Shown here: in pieces, positions 1 to 11,870 of the stretch
Numbering within the stretch: position 1 is the first letter of the stretch
Layout: every line of letters begins with the position of its first letter
Origin: Podarcis liolepis
Lineage: Eukaryota
Direction: 5' to 3' (one strand)
DNA: 64,000 bases
Assembly: GCA_965112155.1 (NCBI GenBank)
Contig: OZ218104.1
Program-made: the position numbers and the translations under genes
Notes under the pieces: generated by a model
The model's input: the letters and a program-made list of their open reading frames with translations, nothing else
Databases searched by the model: none
Told to the model about the DNA's origin: nothing

Positions 1-904
1 ATGCAGGGCACACCTGATTTGTGGGAATGCTCCCCATAGCCTGTAATCTAGGGTGGACCCTCCATTAAAATCCAGGGCTAGCAGCTCAGAGAATGCTGGG
101 GCAAACAACTACTGGGAAGGATGGCTATGTTGGTGAGAGATACAATTATGCATGAAGCCAAAACCTGCCATTAATCACAGATTTCAGTTTCCCAAGAATC
201 TCAGCCTTCTTCTTCTTCTTCTGGTCCTGCAAATATAAGCTTGAAAGCATGTGGTTTTTATCGGGTGAAATCACAGGAGGCACAAGGATTTCCAGCTACA
301 GAAATCAACAATTTTTGTGTGCAGAATTTCTATTATTCATTAACTAGTAACTGTTGATAGTGGAGCCTTTCTGAAGGCCAATAGAGCTCCACTCACCTTT
401 CCTTCCAAACTGCAGCCATCGTTTCTCCACTGGACACAATAAAACTGGTTTTTCACCTCCTTAGGCCAGAAGAAGAGGGGTGAGGCTGTGTTGCCCGAAA
501 ACTGGATGGGGCTTGCTAGGATGCGGCCAATGAGGGTTGTGCAGCCATACCCTCCAACCATCTCTATTTCCGGGGGACATTCCCAGAATTACAGAAGCCA
601 CCCGGAGTTCTGATTTGATCCCGCATTGTCCTGGGGATACGCTTGCAGTGGTGCTGTGCTCTCACATGCGCCAGCTGACTTGTGTGACAGTGTGACATCA
701 AAAGATGTGCATACCGCTTTTCATCAGGGGAATGTTGGAGGGCATGTGTGAAGCCAGCCCAGACACACAAGGCTCCATCTTGTGCAGAGCTTTGGCTGGT
801 AACCTAGTGAGGGCAGCACCAACCCAGCCCTTTGCTGGCTGGCTAAGAATGACCAGAATCTTGGGGGACTATGACTGAAAGATAAATGATTGGGTTGGGG
901 GAGA

Positions 905-1310
905 GAACATTTCAAGGGGCTGTGGCACAGGGCTGGTAGTTCTGTAGTACCTCAAATAACTCCTTACTCCCTGCAGACACTCTCCTGTGCTGAAATCCGC
1001 AGGGGTAGTTCCTCTGCCCTCATAGGCATGGTGGGTGGCCTCCTGGGAAAGGGCCTTCTCTGTAGTGGCTCCTAAGCTGTGGAACTCCCTCTCCACAGAG
1101 CTGCGACCAACACCTTCATGGTACGGCTTCTGAAGGATGCTGAAGCTGCACTTCTTTACTCTGGCTTTTGACACTTGAGGTGTATGTTTTTAGGATGCAC
1201 CATATTTTGATGGTTGTAAATTGCTTTAAATTGCTTTTAACATTGTGTTTTAATACTGTAACGTGCTCTGGGACCTTAGGGTGAAGAGGAAGTAATGAAT
1301 AAATTAAAAA
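905..1310 (+). mobile_element. Decayed L2 LINE 3' fragment
   Basis: aagggccttctctgtagtggctcctaagctgtggaactccct encodes the L2 RAFSVVAPKLWNSL motif and is followed by an L2-type 3' tail. Confidence 0.7.
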
Positions 1311-3931
1311 TAATATTATTAACTACTAAAGAGCATAGAAAGAGCCCTGCTGGATAAGACTGATGGTTCACAGGGCCTTTTTGACTGTGGTTCCCAGGTT
1401 ATGGGATGCCCTCCATAGCGAGGTGCACCGGCCCCCATCATTATTAATTTTCAGGAGGGCTGTGGGGAAAGTATGTTGTTGTTTTTTGTTACAGCTTGAC
1501 ACAAACAGATGACAAGCAACAAAAAAGGGAAAAGTAGAAGAAACATCTATTTGCCCAAATGACGCTTCGTATGACCAGGAAATACAAAATTCTCCTTTAA
1601 ATATATTGATTGTTTGTACATAGCGTTTACAAACTCCTTCTGTTTATTAGTTTTAAGTTGTCTTGATGTTTTTTTCCTTTACATTACTGGAAATGCCTCC
1701 ATTTGGACTAAACTTAAAACGCCTTGTCTGTACATGTTTGGCAAAGAAATAAAACAGTTTACTGAAAGAACACACTGGAGTGACAAATAATTCATCGGAA
1801 GTGACTCGCTTCACATTGTCGTGTAGTCATAAGCAATGATCAAAAACATTTCGTGTTAAAATATTAACAGAATACCCACAAAGATGTATTAATAACTCGG
1901 AGCTCTGAACGTTCTGCCATTGCTCTCGCCAAACATGCCGTAAAGCTGTCAACAAACATGGATGCTGTTTACGCAGCCAATTAACTCCCGCCGTTTCTGG
2001 CTTAAAGCAGATTTTCCCAAGATGCCCAGCAAAATGTTTCCTTTTCCTTTATCTTAAGAGGAAGGGAATGGGGAAGTGATGCTCTTGCCCAAGAGAGCTA
2101 CGCAGGGGTAACATGGACAGGCTGGGAGGGTGGGTGGGAAGTCGGTGGCACACCCTGGCAGCTGGACCACTGAGAAGAGCCCCACTGCCAACCTGGTTCT
2201 GCTCCTTTTCTTCACCTCTGCAACCTACTTGCTTGTTCACCTGCCTCTCGCTCTGGCTCAGATAAGGCTTGGCGCTGGGAGGGAGGAGTGGAGACCACAC
2301 CCACTGTTCACTAGCTCTCTGCCCAGCCCAGCCAGCAAGCTGGCAGTAGCAATGAGCAAATGGAGGGGCAGCAACGGAGAATGATCATGGCAGCGAGGAG
2401 GCAGACCTTGTTGAGGGAAGGGTGTCCGTGGAGGATGTCTTCCCCAAAGACACCCCCCCCCCAAGACACGAGCTGGCTATGCTTCTGTGCATATGGAGAA
2501 AGCAGTGTCCAACATCCGTCACACCATTGCGAGGGACCGTTGCTCTTGAACAATACAGCACATCACTGGTACTCCTAACAGGGCTGCCACCCAAAGTGCT
2601 CATTCGAGGTGCTCATTCTGTTGCAACAGCTTGAAGAACAGGACCTAGGGAAGCGGAGGTGGGGTGGGGGGTGGAATACCTGTTTTTCGGACCTCGTGCT
2701 CAGCAAAAAAAAGGCATCCAATCTGCATGGTTCCAAGTCGGATTCAATTACTCTTTGTTTGCCTTCAAACTCAGATGCCCCTGCTCTCTGAGCACCGGTT
2801 GGGTTAGAGATGCAGCCTGGCAGTTCTCTTTGTTTTGTAGGGCGCAGTCTGCTGCGGTGTAACAATGGAGAGGAAGAAAAGGACGGGGGCAGCTGCCACT
2901 GATATTGCTGTTCTAAAATGCACAATTTTTTTTTTTTTTTAAAAAAAATCACATGCAACTGAAACAAACTTCAATTCGGCAACCTGAAATCTCTAAGTGA
3001 AAAAAGACGTCCCAATGTTAAGTTTTCTTTTCTAGGGAGGGCCTCCGTCTCCCAGCGCAGTGATTGCTTCCACATGGCATCCCCCCCTTTTAAACTGCTG
3101 TTTTGCAAGTAAGTGCCATGATGTCATGGCTCAAACTTTTCCATCGGCTGGAACCATTTATGGTGCCACCTTCCCCAAACTGAACAAGTAACTGAAGCTG
3201 ATTCATGGAAATACTTTTTTTAAAAAAAAACACCCCAAAACCCTGCGGACATCAAAATGAAATAAAGTAGGGCTGCAAATATTTTGAAAGGGCCTTCTGA
3301 GAAAAGTATGAAGGCTTGGGGCCACTTCACACATGATGTTTTACCTAAATGGTGAGAAAGGGAAGGTATCGCATGACGAGGTTGGATGCGCATCTCATGT
3401 TGGGAGCTGTAATTGGGAGCAGATTCTCAGCGCTTGTACACCCAGAAAAACAGATCTTCACACATGGTCATACGTATCTTCCCTGTTGCATTTATAAGCA
3501 AATACAGAGCTAAGATTCTGCAAGATTCTGATTGATCCCATGCCTGTTTGGGAGATCATATGGAGCTGGCCTAAGTGACCAAATAAAGTATGGGCCTCTT
3601 GGCTAAACTTGGGCAGGTTATGATTTTCCAGCCTTAGTTCTGCTTCTGGCTCAGCTGGCTCAGCTGACAGGATCCATCTCACTTGGTCTCTCTCTCCCAC
3701 GCTCTCATACTTCATCTTTTTTTTTTACTGCTGCCTCAACATTTTCACAGGAGTTTGTGCCCAGGACTTGAATGGAATATAGTGCAACAGTTCTGACTCC
3801 CCACCACCACCACCGCTGTACAAATTGCATACTAGTCTTGACAGAAAGTCACCTGTAGATGCAAAGAAAGTTCCTCAATGAAAACCCTCACTTATTCAGT
3901 AAGGATTGTTCAGACAAATTTCTGTCGGCCT

Positions 3932-4265
3932 AAAGCTTTTTGTGGACCAGAGTCCACTTTATTAGATGCATGGGGTATTACCTTGAGTCTGAAGTGGACT
4001 CTGGTCCACTACGCCACTGTGGTGTAGTGGTTAGAATGCTGGGTTAGGATCTGGGAGTCCAGGGTTCAAATCCTCAGACTGGCACAAGACCACTGGGTGA
4101 CTTGGTCTGACCTCACAGGGCTGTTGTGATAAAAATGGGGAGGGGGAGATGCTTATTGGAAAAGTGGGACACAAATGTAATAACTAAATCAACAACAGCT
4201 CATACCATCTTTAAGATGCTACAAGACTCTCTGTTGTTGTTTTGCTGCAAGGGCTACCTCTGGAA
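3932..4265. mobile_element. Penelope-like retroelement remnant with inverted repeat, interrupted by a SINE
   Basis: Perfect 18-bp inverted repeat 3942-3959 / 3992-4009. The continuation tctttaagatgctacaagactctctgttg after the SINE resembles reptile Penelope-type ends. Confidence 0.6.
4013..4196 (+). mobile_element. tRNA-derived CORE/MIR-like SINE (old copy)
   Basis: A-box tggtgtagtgg and B-box ggttcaaatcc, followed by a ctgggtgac...acctcacagggctgttgtg core. Confidence 0.8.
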
Positions 4266-5498
4266 GTTTTGAGTACATATCCTTTTGTTTTAAAAAAACC
4301 CCAATGTCCCAAATTTCTGTGTTGAGGGACATAAATCATGTAGCTTCTGCAACTTTTTAGTTTCCCAAACAGGATACATTCTTCAGATTGTATACTGGGG
4401 GAAAAATCCTCAAATTGAGGAACCTGCCATTAAAAAATGAACAAATGTAATTTTCTGGGGAAAGGGTTACTGACAGTTGAAGCTTTCCTCAGTCTGGTAC
4501 GAAGACAGAGGGGATGATTCCCCAGATTCTCTTACTCAAGCATCACTGGAAATGAACAGGGAATGTGCAACAGCAGTTACTCTTCTTGTTTCCAGTGAGG
4601 GAAACTTTCAGCGGATGGTTCCGAGGTGAAAGAAGCTGAACTGGTTTGCTGACAAATGTGTAAAAGTAAAATAAGATTTCTGCATATTTGATCTTTGACT
4701 TTATAGGAATGTCTGTGACATAATAAACAGCAAAGAAATTGTTTATAAACTCACAGAATGATCTTCAGTTTTGCAAAAATCTTGAGGTAAGGGCAAGGGA
4801 AGTTATACAATATTAAGTGTATACAGTACTATACAATTCAACAGGCATCTTACATACAAAAATGATGGCCTTAGGACGTAGTCTTTTTTTTTATTCAGAG
4901 TGCCATAAAAGTAGAAAAGATGTTAATTAAATGCATTTTACAGTGGCAGGTTTCTCTGCAGGTGCAGCAATTGTTCTGCATAGGTAACGTAGACCAATAA
5001 TAGCTTTTGGGGAGATTTGGAAAAAAGAGATGACTGGATCTGGAGACTCAACTTTAGCTGCATCAATAAGACTTGGTGTTCAGAATACCCACCTACAGTT
5101 GTCAACTGACCTACCCCACTCCCACCCCCAGGTCTGTTCTGTTCTTGTGTCTTTTAATAACAACAACTGGGTCCACAGAAGTTAACAGGTGAGGCTTTTC
5201 ACAGGATGGAGATAGAGAGATTGATATTATAACTACTGCTCTTAAAAGTGCAGCGACAAGGTTGGCAACCCAATGTTGTACAAAGAACTGGCACCTCCTT
5301 GCTGCAGTTCTGTAGAAACATCCCTGAAATCAACAGGAGGGAGTTATCCAAGAGTTCAGCTGAACTCTGGAGCAATGCCTGTTTATTCCAGTGAGTCCTG
5401 AGTAGGTTCCTGGTAGCTTGTTACAACATATCCTTCAACTTCCAAGGACAGAATCATAACAATCAGGGGTGTATCAAATATTAATACTCTTCAGAGTA

Positions 5499-5837
5499 CA
5501 GTGGTACCTCTGGTTACAAAAGCTTTGGGTTACGATAAGGTTACCAGATTTTTTTCAATGAATCCGGGGACACTTTTCAACTTCAATGGATTTTGTATGG
5601 GGACTGTAAATCCGGGGACTGTCCCTGGGAAACAGGGACGTCTGGTAACCTTACGTTACGAATTCCGCTAACCCGGAAGTTGCAAACTTTGCCCTAGGAT
5701 GTGAACGGAAATCATGCACCAGAGGAGCACGAGCAGCGGGAGGCCCCATTAGCGAAAGCGCACCTCAGGATAAGAACGGTTTCAGCTTAAGAACAGACCT
5801 CCGGAACGAATTAAGTTCATAACTAGAGGTACCACTG
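5499..5837. mobile_element. Tc1/mariner (Tigger/pogo-like) MITE
   Basis: TIRs CAGTGGTACCTC / GAGGTACCACTG with TA target duplication on both sides. Confidence 0.9.
5536..5653. mobile_element. hAT (Blackjack-like) MITE nested in the Tigger-like MITE
   Basis: Perfect 13-bp TIR TAAGGTTACCAGA; 8-bp TSD ggttacga / cgttacga (7/8). Confidence 0.85.
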
Positions 5838-6167
5838 TAGACTCGTTGAAATTGATTGACATGACTAACGTAGGCTCATCAGCGAGTAGAATTTGGTTGG
5901 CCACAGCCCTGTCTACTGCATCAGAACACCTTTTTTTCTATGCATATTACAGAAAAGATGTAATTTGATATTTGTGACTTATGAGTACTTTTGTATTTTC
6001 TTCTGAATGGAATCAGCGTATCATGGGCAGGGTACATCTGTGCTACAAGCTGCAAAAGGTTAAATGGCTGCTTCCTCTCAGCAGGTAATCCTGGGATCTG
6101 TAGTTCTGGGAAGGGAAGAGGTTAGGGGGCCTTGAGCAGGCAATTCTCAGTCCCCAATTCACTCTAT

Positions 6168-6492
6168 GGCCACATTTGCAGCATAGATTTAAAGCACTGT
6201 GATACCACTTTAAACAATCATGAATTCCGAGAGTTATAATTTGGTAAGGGTGGCTAAGAGTTGTTAGCAAACCCCTATTCCCCTCACAAAGTTACAGTTC
6301 CCAGAGTGGCTTAAACACCCACCCATCCATTTTCACAGGGAACTCCCAGAATTGTAACTCTGAGAGGGGAATAGGGTCTCCCTGCAACTCTCAGCACCCT
6401 TAACAAACCAAAGCTCCCATAATTATTTGGGGGAAGCCGTGATGGTTTAAAGTAGCATCATACTGCTTTGAACATGTGGTTCGAATGTGGCC
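6168..6492. mobile_element. Foldback MITE (PIF/Harbinger-like)
   Basis: Long imperfect palindrome with ends GGCCACATT / AATGTGGCC and a 3-bp TAT duplication. Related copies at ~48585-49000 and ~40100-40250. Confidence 0.75.
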
Positions 6493-7129
6493 TATGAACA
6501 ATGTCACTTGCTGTGCAATCCTAAGGCGTATGGATGAGATGCCAAGGTGGTTCCACCACCTTATCCAATGCTCTGCCAGGTTCAAGCAGAAAAATGCTTC
6601 ACATTGCTGTCTTCATCTTTCACCCTTCCTCCCATAAGTCAAGAGTGTGACTAAATATCTCTATAACCTTGTGGGACTGGGAGGGCTTTGGACCCAGCCA
6701 CCCTCCTGTTGTCTGCTGAAACTGGAGCTCCTGTAATGTTTCCATGGGTGTTGCAATTCCAATTACTTTTTTTAGTTAATCTGCCAGTGCAACGCCAATC
6801 CCGCCATTATAGAGCCCTGTGCAATCAGGATACGATCAATAGGATCACAGCTGTGGGATCCGCCTGCTGTCTTTTAAACTAAGCCTGTGCAGGATATACA
6901 GTCCTCATGAGCCACAATCAGTGAGTGGAAGTCAGGGGTGGGGCCAATGGGTGTGATTCTGCTTTCCTCACCCACATGTTGATTGCACATTCATTTGTCA
7001 TGCTTCTGTCATCAGATCTGCAAAGCTGAAATGCAATTTCTGCTGAGTGATGGAAAGCTAACATCTTCTGAACCTGGAGTCCCAAACAACATTAGTTTTT
7101 AAAACATTTATTATAATGCAGGAACAGAA

Positions 7130-7325
7130 AAGCTGTGCTCCCTTGCCAAATGTTTTTGGACTCCAACCCCATGAGCCCCAGCCAGTATAGCCAACATCAG
7201 GGATGCTGGGAGCTGAAGTCCAACAACATTTGGAGGTTCCTAGGTTCCCCATCCTTTGGGTAACAACTCCCATCAACATTGCTGGATGGTTGGCATCTGA
7301 AGGGTACCACATTGGTGAAGACTGC
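7130..7325. mobile_element. Palindromic squamate MITE (ggactacaactccc / gggagttgtagtcc family)
   Basis: The same motif recurs at ~9660-9730, 14972-15078, 27050-27150, 44770-44925, 58960-59095 and 61115-61230. Confidence 0.6.
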
Positions 7326-8235
7326 TGCAATGCATCACACAGAGAAATGAGCTCATGAGACAATGGTCTGATTCAATCAGGCAGAAAAGGTGTTCTGTTT
7401 GTGTCCTATATATTCTCAAAGCAACAATAACATTGGGTTTTAAGTGAGGAAAGAAAGGTCATAGCAGCTGCATGGCCCATTTCCACTTTCTGGATGACCT
7501 CCAAACTTAAAATCTGAGATGAATGAAAGAACGCCACAATCTTAACTCAAGTTCCATGGCAGTGCCTGTTTAATGCTGAACAATCTTATTTAGGAACTTG
7601 CTTTGAGTCTCCATTTCCGATTTCTTTTTGCAAATGTTTTGCTGCAATTCAATCTCGTCAGTTGTGGGCAGACAAGGCAGCAAACGTCAAACCACTGCAT
7701 TTATCTCAAAGGTGGGTTGTGCGGGACTGAAAAGAATTTGCAAAGAGTTCATTCAGCACCAGAAGAATACAAATTGGTCCCTGTTTGGGGTGGCTTCTGT
7801 ACACAGACAACTGGAAGCGTCGTAGAAAAATAAGCCATTTGATACAATGCGCAAAGGCAACCACAGAAGGGTAACGGGGGTGGACAAATGGCGATGCAAA
7901 AGCCTGTCAGACAGGAGAGGACATGGGATTCATCGGGGGCAGGGGGGCGGGGAAGACACTTGGCACGATACCGTCTCCCTTTGGGCAGCTCCCATGTCCT
8001 TGATCCCACCAAGGGAGGAGGAGGAGAAGGTCCCCCAGAAAGTCAGATGGTGCACTCCTTCAATGGGCATGTTCGAATTGCGTTAAATTGGTCCTTCTAC
8101 TAAAGTCCAATCAAAGGCCAGTTCTTCACTGAAGCTTTGTCTCCATTCCGCACGCTTTCCTGCCGAGAGGACAATCCCACAAAACTTCACGATGCTGGGC
8201 ATGCCGCCCAGCAGTTGACTAATAAAACAAATGAA

Positions 8236-8272
8236 ATTATTATTATTATTATCATCATTATTATTATTATTA
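8236..8272. repeat. (ATT)n microsatellite in the 3'UTR
   Basis: attattattattatcatcattattattatt run. Confidence 0.9.
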
Positions 8273-8461
8273 TTTTGTATGCTGTCTTTTTGCTTCCAGA
8301 TAAAGAGTTCATGGCTGGCAATGGTGACAGGTAGTTTCAGAGAGATACCACTCGGGCAACGTCGCCCAGGTTAATACTGTCTTGCAAATCCTTAGTGTTT
8401 CCACACGAGACTATTAAAAACACTTCTACGTTCACAAAGGAAGGGGGGAAGGGGGGTGTCT

Positions 8462-8617
8462 TTAGTCCAGGGGCTCTTGCTTTATCCTGATTGTGGTGTT
8501 GGGCTGCAGTCTCCTGTCCTCACGACATAGTACATATTCGCTGAACTGAGAGGAATCCACGCCTCCTCCACAGGACGCCGCCACGTTGAAGCCCTTCTGG
8601 AACAACCGTTCAAGCAC
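8462..8617 (-). CDS. KCTD15: KCTD15 last coding exon
   Basis: CAG acceptor at 8620-8618. Reads [51 protein letters not shown] then TAA (8464-8462), matching the KCTD15 C-terminus. This frame is absent from the supplied ORF track. Confidence 0.96.
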   Translation of the reverse strand: MLERLFQKGFNVAASCGGGVDSSQFSEYVLCREDRRLQPNTTIRIKQEPLD

Positions 8618-8797
8618 CTGAGGGGGAAAGCACCAGTTAATATTGGAGGAGGCTCCGTATCAAATGTGCTCATGACTCTGAAAGAACCAAAGGAATCGCA
8701 CTGAACTGAACTGAAAGTACGAGTCCTATATCCACCCGTGAAAGCCAGGACACGCAATGTGGTTAATGGGTGACAGTGCAAAGGTTACGCACAGTTA

Positions 8798-9023
8798 CAG
8801 TGGTACCTCGGGTTACAGACGCTTCAGGTTAGAGACTCCGGTAACCCAGAAATAGTACCTCGGGTTAAGAACTTTGCTTCAGGATGAGAACAGAAATCAC
8901 ATGGTGGCAGCGCAGTGGCAGCGGGAAGCCCCTTTAGCTAAAGTGGTGCTTCAGGTTAAGAACAGTTTCAGGTTAAGAATGGACCTCCAGAACGAATTAA
9001 GTTCTTAACCCGAGGTACCACTG
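8798..9023 (+). mobile_element. Tigger/pogo-like MITE
   Basis: TIR CAGTGGTACCTCGGGTTA / TAACCCGAGGTACCACTG with TA TSD. Confidence 0.92.
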
Positions 9024-11344
9024 TATTTCTTTGCTGAAGTCTCTGTGCAGCCCCACATATAGGACTCCGCACATGTCAACTAGGGGAGCATTTCAGGCAC
9101 GGGGAACATTGCATTTGTTTTCCTGATTAATATGCTAGTCCTGTGGTCCTTTCATACTGCAGTACTTGGTGTGTTTTGAAATTGTGAATTGTGTTATGAT
9201 TATTATTTTTTTACCGATACACCAGCAGGTTAAGCTAAATTTCATTCACACCAGTGGGCGTGTTGGGGGGGGCACAACAGCAAACCACATTGGACAATGT
9301 CGCTGCTCCCCCAACCCTTTCCACACAGGCGTGTGCTTCTCTTCCCCCATTAAAGCAGCAGGGAGAAAAAATGTATGCCGCTATACGGCCCTAAATTTCA
9401 TCACTTTACTCCCATGATATTCTGGGTTAAAGGGGCTCCAAGCATAATTTTTTTTTTTTAGGAATCAAGTAACATGGAAATGAGTGCTAAGCTTGCCCTA
9501 AATCCCATTAGTTTTCCGGAAGTGGCTTGTATTGCTGTGCGAAAGTGCAAATACAATTCAGAAATTAACAGTTAGGGAAACGGTGAGGAAATGGTATAAA
9601 ACTGCCATGTGAATGCAGCCTTAGACTCTGAAAACAGAAAATGGCCGGCCCAAGGCAAACAGCTGCACTGGCTGAGGCTGAAGGGAATTGTAGCCTAAAA
9701 GATCAAGGGGGCACCAGGTTGGCAAAGCCTGCTTTAGAGAGCTACTGACAGTCAATATTAAATAAGATGGACCAGCAGCCTGACTCAGGGTAGGGATCAA
9801 AGCAGAGATGACATAAGGGTGATAAAACGAACGTCCCGGCTCTTTTTCTTTCCCCAAAAACAGCAGCCTTGGGTGGGGGATTAGATCAGGGGTGCAGCAT
9901 GTCCAAAAAGGGGGTTTCTTGCTGCACTGTGGCCCTGATCAAAATTGCCCTGGGTGCTGCCTCTAGACGAGATGGGGCAGTTCACACATTGAAGAGAAGA
10001 AGCCTGTGGCTAATAGCAGTTTTGGGGAAGGGGTGAGTTAAGTTGGATGCAACACTCTGCGCAGCTGCTTTTTGAAAGCTCCATGTTTGGAGCTTCCACA
10101 TCACATCTAATTTTACCCTTAGGAAAGCCCCACATTATACAGTAAAGTTGTCACTGAAGTAAAATGTTAGACAAAGGCGATTTGTAGCTCAACTTTCCCC
10201 CTGTGGCTAAAGGTTTGTATTATTACCTAAATTTGAAGAAATTACCTGAATTTCTTCCGAATGCTGTCACTGACTACATACTCACAATGTAAGAGCCTCG
10301 ACACAAAAGGAAATAGGAATGGGTTGGGAGGAGGAAAGCAGCCTTGGAGCTCCACTGGCTAATGGGTGGGGCCAGGCTGGTCTCCCCATGGCCTTCTATG
10401 CACAATGTTTCCTTGTCCAGCCAGACGACAACCCTGTGAAACAGGCCAACTTTAGGAGGAAAGTGATGCTCAGGGATGGAGTCTGACTTATAAATTGCTA
10501 TCCATTTTGTCCACAGCTGAAGATGCACTTGAGCTCATGCCTTCTGTATCCAGCCCTACTCACTGGCTTTCCTTTTTCAAAGCCATCTCAGCTTCCTGCA
10601 GATGGACGCTATTTCATTTGTGCATGTTGCCCTGCAAAGTATTTTGGTCTCGTGGTCCAGAGGTGGTGAAAAGGGCCCCCGAGAGCCAGCTAGACTCTGC
10701 ATGATACATTTCTGGTCTTTTCAGGATCTCCCAGCATATTATGCAGCGATAATTCTATAACTTATTCCTAAATGACTGCAGCGTGATTAAAGTCTTGCTT
10801 ACAGCAAACCTCTGCAGAAAAACCCAAATATTAATCAAACAAACAAGTACTCTGCAGGGCAGTTCAGTACATTATGGAGTAAAATACTGGCTGGTAGTGA
10901 TATTGATGCTACCTCTTAAGGAAAAGCAACGTTGGGGCTTCAGTCATCATAAAATGAGGCCATAACTCATCATTAATATGCTGTGCTAGATGGGGGGAGA
11001 AAAAGCAGCAGGCTGTTATGAGCATCTTCTTTACTGGTGTAACCATTCTGGCCGCTAAGGGATTTTCCTACCAAACAGGTTGGGGTATTCAGGGTGTATG
11101 TGTGCTGTTAATGTGCCTGTGTTTATATTCCTGCCCGTGCCCTTCAGCCACCTAAAGTAAGTCCTCACCGCTAATCTCAACTGGGCAGCCAGTCAGAATG
11201 GCTGCTCAGCACTCCACCTCTGGGATGCCACCTGGCTTGTGGTATCAACCTGAGCTTTGAAGGGGTTCAAGGACACCTCCATGGCCCAGCAGAACTGCAA
11301 GCTCCTACTTGGCTCCAAACTGGGTGTTTTCCCCCTGCATCCAT

Positions 11345-11870
11345 GAGAAGAGCCTGTTGGATCAGGCCAAAGGCCCATCTAGTTCAGCATCCTGTTCTCA
11401 CAGTGGCCAACCAGGTGTCCCAATGGGAATCCCACAAACAGAACCCCAGCACAAGAGCCCTCTCCCCTCTTGTGGTCCCCAGTAATTGGTATTCAAAAAC
11501 ATTTCTGCCTCCGAAGAAGAAGCGTTTGAATTTGATATCCCGTTTTATCACTACCTGAAGGAGCCTCAAAGCGGCTAACATTCTCCTTTCCCTTCCTCCC
11601 CCACAAGGTGAGTGGGGCTGAGAGACTTCAAAGAAGTGTGACTAGCCCAAGGTCACCCAGCAGCTGCATGTGGAGGAGAGGAGATGCGAACCCGGTTCAC
11701 CAGATTACGAGTCTATCGCTCTTAACCACTATACCACACTGGCAAGCATAGGGATCGTGGCTAGTAGATATCAATAGCCCTCTCCTCCATGTATTCATCT
11801 AACCCTCTTTTGGTGGCCATTGCTCCCTCCAGTGGGTCCCATCGTTAAACTATGTGCTGAATGAAGAAAT
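11345..11870 (-). mobile_element. CR1-type LINE 3' fragment (split by a SINE)
   Basis: aagagcctgttggatcaggcc...catctagttcagcatcctgttctcacagtggccaacc 3'-end family, with many copies in the window. Confidence 0.7.
11513..11743 (-). mobile_element. Young tRNA-derived CORE-type SINE with (CTT)n tail
   Basis: Reverse complement closely matches the copy at 45413-45665; A and B boxes present. Confidence 0.85.

Larger units (their letters stand above)
5466..5909. mobile_element. Short palindromic MITE acting as host of nested insertions
   Basis: With the inserts removed it reads ggggtgtatc...cagagtagactcgttgaaatt...gacatgactaac...gagtagaa...acagccc, similar to the uninterrupted copy at 57652-57771. 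Confidence 0.6.
7107..8461 (-). other. KCTD15: KCTD15 3'UTR (proximal part; end uncertain)
   Basis: Follows the stop codon. Candidate minus-strand AATAAA at 7112-7107 is followed by a GT-rich tract; a more distal candidate lies at 4895-4890. Confidence 0.55.
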
